A stretch of DNA of 24,791 nucleotides, taken from assembly GCA_040905425.1 (NCBI GenBank), contig JBBDRO010000078.1:29769-54559 (forward strand), written 5' to 3'. Below the pieces are notes generated by a model. It was not told where the DNA came from, made no database searches, and worked only from the letters and a program-made list of their open reading frames with translations. The position numbers and the translations under genes were made by a program. Source of the stretch: Gemmatimonadota bacterium. GTDB taxonomy: Bacteria > Gemmatimonadota > Gemmatimonadetes > Longimicrobiales > RSA9. Shown here in pieces: positions 17,945-24,791 of the stretch (the first letter of the stretch is position 1; each line of letters opens with the position of its first letter).

Positions 17945-19942
17945 TCATCCGTCAGCGGGACGCCCGCACGCCGGGCAGCGCCGCCAGCCGTCCTCCAGCC
18001 GTTCGCCGCAGGCGCACCCGCGCCGCACGCTCACGCCGCATGCCGGGCACCACGACCAGCCGTGGCGCAGGGCCGTCGCGCAGCGTCGGCAGACGGGCGC
18101 CTCGTCGGCCAGCAGCGCCAGCAGCGGGGCCACCTCCTCCATGGACGTGGCGCCGCCCCGCACCTGCCGCCAGGCATCGTGGCTGAGCGGCACGGTACCG
18201 GCGGCACGCCCCGCTTCCCGCAACGCGTCGGCGGGCGCCTTCCTCAGGATAAGCTCCCGCAATCGGGCGTCCACCGCCAGTACCTCGAAGATACCGGTGC
18301 GCCCGCGGAAGCCGCTGCCCCCGCAGCGGGGGCAGCCCCGCGGGTCGAAGAGGCGCTCGCCCCGGCAGGGCAGACCCAGGCGCTCCAGCTCCAGCCGGCT
18401 GGCGCTGCGCTCCACCCGGCAGTTGGGGCACAGGCGGCGCACCAGCCGCTGCGCCACCACGCCCACGAGTCCGCCCGCGACCAGGTAGGGCGGCGCGCGC
18501 ATCTCGATGAGGCGGGCCGCCGCGGTGGCGGCGTCGTTGGTGTGCAGCGTGGCCAGCACCAGGTGGCCGGTGAGCGCGGCCGTGAGCGCGATCTCCACCG
18601 TCTCCCGGTCCCGCAGCTCACCCACCATGATGACGTCCGGGTCCTGACGCAGCACCGCGCGCAGGGCGGCGCCGAAGCCGAGCCCGGCGCGCCGGTGCAC
18701 CTGCACCTGGGTGAGCCCGGGCAGCCGATACTCCACCGGATCCTCGAGCGTGACCACGTTCAGCCGCTCGCGGTCGAGCTGGGAGAGGCAGGCGTACAGC
18801 GTGGTGGTCTTGCCGCTCCCCGTGGGTCCGGTGACCAGCAGCACGCCGTGGCTGCGCCCGAGCAGGGCACGCAGCCGCGCCAGCGGCCCCGGGGCCAGCC
18901 CCAGGCGTTCCACGGGGAGGCCCGCCTGCTCGGGGTCGAGGATGCGCAGCACCACCTTCTCCCCGCCCTGCGCCGGCAGGGTGGAGACCCTCAGCGCCAG
19001 CTCCCGCCCCGCCGCCCGCACCGTGGCCCGGCCGTCCTGGGGGCGGCGCTTGATGGCAATGTCCAGCCCGCCCATGACCTTGAGCCGGCTGGTGACCGGC
19101 GCCGCGGCGTGGGCGGGGAGCCGCACCAGCTCCTGCAGCACGCCGTCCACGCGCAGGCGCACGCGCAGCCCGCCGCCGACCGGCTCCACGTGCACGTCGC
19201 TGGCCCGGCGCTCCACGGCGCGGCGCAGCAGCAGCTCCACCAGGGCCACGATGGGCGCCGCCTCGGCGGCGCGGCGCAGCGCGGCGGTGTCATCCGCGGC
19301 CCGGGCCGGCTCGCGCGCCCCTCGCACCCCGCGGCGCTGCGGGGCGGGCGGCGTGATGCGATCCAGGATGGCGTCCACCGCTCCGCTCTGGTAGGCGGTG
19401 GCCAGCGCCGCCTCCACGGCCGCCCCGCTGGCCACGTGCACGCGCACCCGCCGGCCGGTCTGGAACTGCAGGTCGTCCACGGCCGCCGCGTCCAGCGGAT
19501 CGGCCATGGCCACGGTGAGGCTCCGCTCGCCGGTGTGCAGCGGGGCCACGCGCCGCCGGATGGCCAGCGCGGCGTCCACCAGGCGGAGCGCGGCCGCCTC
19601 GGGTACCAGCGGCGGCGCGGCGTAGGGCAGCCGCAGCTGGTCGGCCAGCGAGCGGGCCACCTGCTCGGGGTCCACGCCGCTGCGCACCAGCAGCACGCCG
19701 AGCCGCTCGCGGCAGGTGCGCTGTTCGGCCAGGGCGGCGTCCAGCTGGGCTGGCTTCACCACCCCCGCGGCCACCAGCAGGTCGCCGAGCAGACGGCGGC
19801 GGGGCGCGTCGGGCCGGCCCGGCGGGGGCACCGGCGAGGCGTCCGGGCGGCCCGGTCCCGGCGGAGCATGCGGGCGGCCCGGTCCCGGTCCCGGTCCCGC
19901 CGGGGCGTGCGTGCCACGGGCGGGCTGTGCGTTGCGTTTCAT
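17945..19942 (-). CDS. gspE: GspE/PilB-family secretion or pilus assembly ATPase with N-terminal MshEN and C-terminal double zinc ribbon
   Basis: MshEN repeats LLGDLLVAAG...LDAALAEQ and RLGVLLVRSG...LADQ; ASDVHVEP, PQDGR, Walker A GPTGSGKTT, TLEDPVE, RQDPDVIMVGE, TGHLVLATLHTN; CPNC/CPRC; tail CRRC..CPAC..CAC..CPAC. Confidence 0.93.
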   Translation of the reverse strand: MKRNAQPARGTHAPAGPGPGPGRPHAPPGPGRPDASPVPPPGRPDAPRRRLLGDLLVAAGVVKPAQLDAALAEQRTCRERLGVLLVRSGVDPEQVARSLADQLRLPYAAPPLVPEAAALRLVDAALAIRRRVAPLHTGERSLTVAMADPLDAAAVDDLQFQTGRRVRVHVASGAAVEAALATAYQSGAVDAILDRITPPAPQRRGVRGAREPARAADDTAALRRAAEAAPIVALVELLLRRAVERRASDVHVEPVGGGLRVRLRVDGVLQELVRLPAHAAAPVTSRLKVMGGLDIAIKRRPQDGRATVRAAGRELALRVSTLPAQGGEKVVLRILDPEQAGLPVERLGLAPGPLARLRALLGRSHGVLLVTGPTGSGKTTTLYACLSQLDRERLNVVTLEDPVEYRLPGLTQVQVHRRAGLGFGAALRAVLRQDPDVIMVGELRDRETVEIALTAALTGHLVLATLHTNDAATAAARLIEMRAPPYLVAGGLVGVVAQRLVRRLCPNCRVERSASRLELERLGLPCRGERLFDPRGCPRCGGSGFRGRTGIFEVLAVDARLRELILRKAPADALREAGRAAGTVPLSHDAWRQVRGGATSMEEVAPLLALLADEAPVCRRCATALRHGWSWCPACGVSVRRGCACGERLEDGWRRCPACGRPADG

Positions 19943-20029
19943 GCCCGAAGATTGCGGCGCACGATGGGCACCGGAATGGCGAACGGGGCCGGGTTTTCGG
20001 CGCCCGCGGGAGGTGACGGTCGTCGTCGC

Positions 20030-20701
20030 TTAGATACGGCTGTGCAGGGGAGCGAACACGCCGAGGGTCCAGACCAGCCACACGCCGCCCACCACCGCGC
20101 CGGCCAGTACGTCCGTGGGCCAGTGCACCTGCAGGTAGACGCGCGAGAAGCTGTTGATGAGGAAGAAGACGCCCACCACCCAGTAGCCCCACGTCCCGCG
20201 CCCCGAGCGGTGGATGAGCCACGCCACGGTGAAAAGGACGGCCACCACCGCGATGACGTGGCCGCTCGGGAAGGCGGGGAAGGCGTGCTGGCCGCGCTGC
20301 TCGAAGAGGTCCGGGCGCGCGCGGGGCACGCTGAACTTGAGAGCGGGATTCAGCGTCCAGCTGCCCAGCTGCACCACGGCCAGGTGCACGGCCACGGAGA
20401 CCCGACCCGCGCGGTAGAGGACCAACGCCGCGATGGCCACGAGCGGCGCCAGCGTGTAGTTGGTGCCGAAGATCGGCAGGTAGAGCATGATGATGTCGAG
20501 CCAACCCGCGCGCATGGCGTCGGCGGCGGTCAGGGCATCCACCTCCCAGGGGGCGCCGCCCCACCAGCCCGCTCCGTACACCATGCCCGCCGCGGCCACC
20601 CCCGCGGCGTACGCCAGCACCCAACCGGCCAGCAGCCGGGTCCACGGCGTGCGCCCGGCCATGACACGCAGGCTCTCGTGGGTGGGCTCCAGGGCGCTCA
20701 C
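20030..20701 (-). CDS. PAP2-family membrane phosphatase (second copy)
   Basis: Start trimmed to GTG 20701, overlapping the upstream stop. Motifs KFSVPRARP, FPSGH, SRVYLQVHWPTDV. Confidence 0.9.
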   Translation of the reverse strand: MSALEPTHESLRVMAGRTPWTRLLAGWVLAYAAGVAAAGMVYGAGWWGGAPWEVDALTAADAMRAGWLDIIMLYLPIFGTNYTLAPLVAIAALVLYRAGRVSVAVHLAVVQLGSWTLNPALKFSVPRARPDLFEQRGQHAFPAFPSGHVIAVVAVLFTVAWLIHRSGRGTWGYWVVGVFFLINSFSRVYLQVHWPTDVLAGAVVGGVWLVWTLGVFAPLHSRI

Positions 20702-21528
20702 TCGCGCACGCCCGCCGCGCGCTCCTCCTCGGCGTGGATGTCCTTCTCCTCCTCCTCGAGGTCCGGCTTGCGCGTGGAGAAGAAGCGCACCGCCGTCATC
20801 CCGGCCGCCACGAAGGCCAGCCAGGCCAGCCCGCCCAGGAAGCCGGCCAGCACGTCGCTGGGATAGTGCACGCCCAGGTACATGCGGCTGATGCCGATGG
20901 CCAGGATGATGAGCGAAGCCAGCGTCCAGGTCACGGCGCGCAGCGTGCGGGTGGGCTCCAGCCGCGCCACCAGGTAGGCCACCGCCCCATAGGTGACGAA
21001 GGAGGACATGGCATGGCCGGAGGGAAAAGAGAGGGAACTCACGGTGTCCACGGCGTCGACCATCGAGGGGCGCGGCCGGCCGAAGATCCCCTTCAGCACA
21101 ACGTTCAGCACCTTGCCGCCGATCACGGCGAAGAGCAGGAGCGCCACCGACCACTTATGCTTCGTGAGCCACAGGAAGACCGACGCCACCAGCACGAGCA
21201 TGACGAGCACCGCGCCGTTGCCCAGCGTGGTGATCTCCAGCATGACCTCGTCCAGGGCCGGGCTGCGGTGCGCAGCGATCCAGCGCAGCACGCGCTCGTC
21301 AAAGCCCTGGGTGAGCCCCTCCTCCACCACGGCGGCCAAGGCGCCGAAGACGGCGGCGGCGGCCAGCCCCACCGCCAGGCCCAGCGTCAGGAACGCCAGC
21401 ACCGCGCCGTAGAAGCCGCGCACGTGGCGGCCGATCCAGCGCAGCATAGAATACAGCGGGTCGGTGACCACGCTGAAGCTGCCACGCGGCATCTCGCGCC
21501 GCTCGGGGGAGGGACCTTGATCAGTCAT
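20698..21528 (-). CDS. PAP2-family membrane phosphatase (undecaprenyl-PP or lipid phosphate phosphatase-like)
   Basis: Start at ATG 21528 or 21492. Motifs KGIFGRPRP, FPSGH, SRMYLGVHYPSDV; multiple TM helices. Confidence 0.92.
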   Translation of the reverse strand: MTDQGPSPERREMPRGSFSVVTDPLYSMLRWIGRHVRGFYGAVLAFLTLGLAVGLAAAAVFGALAAVVEEGLTQGFDERVLRWIAAHRSPALDEVMLEITTLGNGAVLVMLVLVASVFLWLTKHKWSVALLLFAVIGGKVLNVVLKGIFGRPRPSMVDAVDTVSSLSFPSGHAMSSFVTYGAVAYLVARLEPTRTLRAVTWTLASLIILAIGISRMYLGVHYPSDVLAGFLGGLAWLAFVAAGMTAVRFFSTRKPDLEEEEKDIHAEEERAAGVRE

Positions 21529-21533
21529 GACTG
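21522..21533. promoter_or_regulatory. 12-bp perfect palindrome between the divergent PAP2 and ABC operons
   Basis: CAGTCATGACTG is its own reverse complement. Confidence 0.35.
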
Positions 21534-21566
21534 CCGCGGGGGGCGAGCAGGAAGCATGCCCACCCC

Positions 21567-22532
21567 ATGATCGAAGCCCGCGGACTTGCCAAGCGGTTCG
21601 GCCCGCCGGGGCGGCGTTCCGGCGCCGAACGGCTGGCCCTGCGCGACGTGGAGCTGCGCATGCCCGCCGGTGAATGCTGGGCCGTGGTGGGGCCGAACGG
21701 CGCGGGCAAGTCCACCCTGCTCGGCATCCTGCTGGGTTTCCTTCGTCCCACCCATGGTGAAGCCGCGGTGGACGGCCTCCCGCCCGCAGAGTACGCTCGC
21801 GTGCACGGCGCGGCCGTGCTGCCGGAGCGCGTGGCGCTGCCCGACGGCTGGACGCCCGCGCGCGTACTGGCCGCCACGGCCGCCCTGGACGGCGCCTCCG
21901 CGGAGGCGCCCCACGAAGCGCTCGCCACCTGGGGGCTCGAGGCCGAGGCACACACGCCCTGGCGCGCCCTCTCCACGGGCACCCGCCAGCGACTGCTGCT
22001 GGCGCAGGCGCTCCTGCCCGCCCGCGACCTGGTGGTGCTGGACGAGCCCACGGCCGGGCTGGACCCCACCTGGCGCCTGCGCCTGCGCGAGCGGCTGCTC
22101 GAGCTGCGGGCAGCCGGGCGGACGGTGCTGCTGGCCAGCCACGATCTGGGGGAGGTGGAGCGGGTGGCGGACCGGGTGCTGGTGCTGGAGGACGGCCGGG
22201 TGCGGGAGGTGCTGCCCGCGCGGGCGGCCGACGCGGGCGTCTGGCTGCTGCGCCTGGCCGCGGAGCCGGGGAGCGCGGGCCGGGACGCGCGCGTGGAGGC
22301 GGCCTTCCCCGGGGCAGAGATCGTGCCCGCGGCCGCCGACGCCGAGCTGCTCTATCGCGTGAGCGCCAGCGGCCCGGCCGACCTCAGCGCGCGACTGGCC
22401 GCCCTGCTGGCGACCGGGGCGGTGGTGGGCGCGGTCCAGCCGGCGGAGGGAGGGCTCGAGAACCGGGTGCGGCGCGCGCTGGACGCGTCACGCCCACTGC
22501 ACGAGGAACCCGCTCCGGATGGGGAGGCGTGA
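21567..22532 (+). CDS. ABC transporter ATP-binding protein (ABC-2 / drug-export type)
   Basis: Walker A GPNGAGKST, signature LSTGTRQR, Walker B VVLDEPTAGLD, H-loop LASHDL. Confidence 0.93.
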   Translation: MIEARGLAKRFGPPGRRSGAERLALRDVELRMPAGECWAVVGPNGAGKSTLLGILLGFLRPTHGEAAVDGLPPAEYARVHGAAVLPERVALPDGWTPARVLAATAALDGASAEAPHEALATWGLEAEAHTPWRALSTGTRQRLLLAQALLPARDLVVLDEPTAGLDPTWRLRLRERLLELRAAGRTVLLASHDLGEVERVADRVLVLEDGRVREVLPARAADAGVWLLRLAAEPGSAGRDARVEAAFPGAEIVPAAADAELLYRVSASGPADLSARLAALLATGAVVGAVQPAEGGLENRVRRALDASRPLHEEPAPDGEA

Positions 22533-23296
22533 TGCGCCGGCTGCTGCCCCTCGTGCTGCTGGACCAGCGCGCGCTCCGAACGCGCTACGCCATCCTGGGC
22601 GCCTTCACCCTGCTGATCCTGATCTCCGGGGTGGCCGCGCGCGTGCTGGGCTTCCACGACGGCCACTTCGACCCGGCCCGCCTGTTCGTGTACGGCGGGC
22701 CGGCGCTGCCCTCCGCCGTGCTGGTGGCGGGGTGGCTGGTGGGTCGCCTGCCCATGGCCGCGGCGCTGCTGCTGTGCGCGGGGGTGCTGTCCGCGGAGGT
22801 GGAGAGCGGCCGGGCGCGCCTGTGGGCCGCCCCGCCGGGCGCGCGCCTGGCGCCCCACGCCGCGCGGCTGGCGGGCAGGCTGGCGGCCGCCTTCCTCTGG
22901 GCGGCGCTCTTCATGCCCCTCTTCGACCTGCTGGTCATCGGCACCTGGGCCGGGCCCGCCACCTGGGTGTTGGCGCTGGCGCAGGTGCTGGTCTACGGCT
23001 CCGTGACGGCGCTGCTCTCGGTATTCACGCGCGCGGACGCGGCGCTGGCGCTGCTGGCCGGCGTGGCCGCCATGGTGTGGGACGCGGCGCGGCGGGCGGA
23101 CGCCCTCGTGGGCACCCCGCCGGGCGTGCGGGAGGCGCTCACCTTCGTGCTGCCCCCGCAGGGCGCGCTGCACAACCTGGAGCTGGCCTTTGCCGATCTG
23201 GCGGCCATTCCGTGGGCGGCGTTCGCCTACACGGCCATCTATGCGGCACTGCTCCTGGTGCTGGCGGGCGCGGCTTTCGCCCGGCGGGAGATCTGA
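22529..23296 (+). CDS. ABC-2-type permease
   Basis: About 6 hydrophobic segments, LSAEVESGRARLW motif, C-terminal FARREI; overlaps the ATPase stop. Confidence 0.82.
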   Translation: MMRRLLPLVLLDQRALRTRYAILGAFTLLILISGVAARVLGFHDGHFDPARLFVYGGPALPSAVLVAGWLVGRLPMAAALLLCAGVLSAEVESGRARLWAAPPGARLAPHAARLAGRLAAAFLWAALFMPLFDLLVIGTWAGPATWVLALAQVLVYGSVTALLSVFTRADAALALLAGVAAMVWDAARRADALVGTPPGVREALTFVLPPQGALHNLELAFADLAAIPWAAFAYTAIYAALLLVLAGAAFARREI

Positions 23297-23308
23297 TTAG
23301 TGTTTGGC

Positions 23309-23722
23309 ATGCCTCTCAAGCGCTTGCTCCTGCTGCCGGTCCTGGCGCCGCTCCTGCTCGCCGCCGCCCTCACGGGCTGCGACGAGGGTGAGCTGCTGGG
23401 GCCCGAGGATCTGGAAGCGGCCGCGGGCGCGGCGCTGCTCATGGACGACGGCAACGCCGGCCCGAGTCTGCTCCTGGGCACGCGCGTCCTGCCCGTGCCC
23501 ATGGAGGTGCTCCGGCAGTTGCCGGCGCGTCCCGGCCAGGCCACGCGCATCCGCATCGCCGTGGACGGCCAGGGGCGGATCACCTCCGCCCGGGTGGTGG
23601 AGAGCGCCGGGAATCCCGAGTTGGACCGCCGGGCGCTGGAAGCCGTTCGTGCCCGCACCTTCGACCCGGGCTATCCGCGGGAATTCACCACCTCCGTCTG
23701 GATGCGGCCCGCCGGCCGCTGA
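23309..23722 (+). CDS. Lipoprotein with a TonB C-terminal domain
   Basis: MPLKRLLLLPVLAPLLLAAALTG-C lipobox; IAVDGQGRITSARVVESAGNPELDRRALEAVRARTFDPG matches the TonB_C pattern. Alternative start GTG 23300. Confidence 0.75.
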   Translation: MPLKRLLLLPVLAPLLLAAALTGCDEGELLGPEDLEAAAGAALLMDDGNAGPSLLLGTRVLPVPMEVLRQLPARPGQATRIRIAVDGQGRITSARVVESAGNPELDRRALEAVRARTFDPGYPREFTTSVWMRPAGR

Positions 23723-23790
23723 GGCCCCGCAGGCGGCCCGCATCAGCCCGCTCGTCGCACCGTGCCGCGCGCACACACCGCCCCGCCCGC

Positions 23791-24717
23791 TCACCCCACG
23801 TCCAGCCAGGCCAGCACCGCCGGCGCCACGTCCGTGAGGCTCCGCACACCCGCCGCGAAGCGCTCGTGCCCCCGCCCCGCCACCAGCCCCAGCGCCGGAT
23901 TCCGCGTGTGCTGGACGCGCACGTCCTCCAGGTTGCCGTGATCGCTGGCCACCACCAGGAGCACCGCCGCGGGCAGCGCGGCCAGGATGCCGCCCAGAAA
24001 GGCGTCCACGCGCTCGATGGCCGCGCGGCCGCGCGCCAGCTCGCGGGCGTGCCCCGCGCTGTCCGTGCTGTAGTGGGCAAACAGCGTGAGATCATGGTCC
24101 GCCGCGAGGGCGGCCAGGTTGCGGCCCGCCGCGGCGGCCATGGGGGTGGGCAGATCACGCCGCCCCAGCCGCTCGCGCCAACCGTCGTTGGTGATCTCAC
24201 TGGCCACCGCCCGGCCGGCGGCCAGCGCCGGTGTGTGGCGCGTGAGCAGCCCGGCCCCGAGCGCCGCCACGGGCGGACCGGCGCGCAGGAAGGCCGGGAC
24301 CCGGCGCGAGGCGGCCAGCGCCACCACCTCCTCCGGGTACGCGTTGGCGAAGGTCACGCTGCGCCCCGCCGCCTGCGCGCGGGCCAGGATGCTCCGCTCC
24401 GCCACCAGCGGGCGGAGCGCCACCGGTACCCACGGCCCGAAGTGGCCGCCGTGGAGCGCCACCGCGTCCTGGCCGGTGAAGAGGGTGGCTTGGCCGGTGC
24501 CGCTCTGCGGGGTGCCGGGCGCGCCGAGGGTGGCCTCGAGGGGTAGCAGCGTGGCGCCGGGTGCGTGGACCGGGGACGCGGCATACCGCCAGCCCCCGCC
24601 GCCCATCAGCCCGTCCAGCACGGGCAAATGCGCCGTGGCCAGCGGGTTCACCGCCGGGTCGGCGCTGCCCAGCCCCACGCCGTCCACGAAGACCAAGAGC
24701 AGGCGGCCGCCGCTCAC
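23791..24717 (-). CDS. Alkaline-phosphatase-superfamily metalloenzyme (phosphoglycerate mutase/phosphopentomutase-like)
   Basis: LVFVDGVG, PQSGTGQ (Ser nucleophile), TDSAGH, ASDHGN and HTRNP metal ligands. Start probably GTG 24717; the track gives 24732. Confidence 0.88.
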   Translation of the reverse strand: MSGGRLLLVFVDGVGLGSADPAVNPLATAHLPVLDGLMGGGGWRYAASPVHAPGATLLPLEATLGAPGTPQSGTGQATLFTGQDAVALHGGHFGPWVPVALRPLVAERSILARAQAAGRSVTFANAYPEEVVALAASRRVPAFLRAGPPVAALGAGLLTRHTPALAAGRAVASEITNDGWRERLGRRDLPTPMAAAAGRNLAALAADHDLTLFAHYSTDSAGHARELARGRAAIERVDAFLGGILAALPAAVLLVVASDHGNLEDVRVQHTRNPALGLVAGRGHERFAAGVRSLTDVAPAVLAWLDVG

Positions 24718-24791
24718 GCGACCGACCCGCAAAGGAACGGGGCGGGGGGCCGGCCGCCACCACCATCCTGACGGTGCTCGCCTTCTTCGCA

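Noticed and set aside
19965..19981. Sigma54-like GGGCACCGGAATGGC
   Set aside because: It points antisense into the 3' end of a PAP2 gene and lacks TTGC; probably chance.
20702..21951. Long N-terminal extensions of both PAP2 ORFs in the track
   Set aside because: They overlap neighbouring real genes in other frames or on the other strand; starts were trimmed to 20701 and 21528.
24717..24791. Plus-strand hydrophobic frame ...AATTILTVLAFFA, possibly the start of a membrane (DMT-like) protein
   Set aside because: Too short, with no convincing start or SD inside the window; it needs the right-hand flank.

Overview
Very GC-rich bacterial chromosomal DNA; the gene repertoire is most like Gemmatimonadota, which is an inference and not a measurement. 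About 23 credible CDSs; I saw no rRNA, tRNA, CRISPR array or mobile element. Left to right: (1) the start of a gas-vesicle cluster (gvpF/L then gvpG, running off the left edge); (2) an intergenic 46-bp tandem repeat that ends in a sigma54-like -24/-12 box; (3) lipoprotein, HAMP histidine kinase and TrxB-like oxidoreductase; (4) an SLT lytic transglycosylase preceded by an AT-rich gap with DnaA-box matches; (5) a tightly packed 8-gene minus-strand run: NtrY-like kinase, lipoprotein, sigma54 activator, beta-helix/Omp85-like outer-membrane protein, DUF4390-like protein, DUF255/YyaL-like protein, luxE, luxC, with no luxAB or luxD; (6) a conserved hypothetical protein; (7) a cupredoxin lipoprotein lacking its Cys and second His ligand, and a second lipoprotein; (8) an orphan MshEN-GspE/PilB ATPase with an extra zinc ribbon; (9) two tandem PAP2 phosphatases divergent from an ABC-2 exporter and a TonB-C lipoprotein; (10) an alkaline-phosphatase-superfamily metalloenzyme. 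The best candidate for an undescribed system is the 5650-15727 run, which places a luciferase-less LuxCE module behind an envelope-sensing and outer-membrane module. All family calls come from motif recognition by eye; no database search was run.
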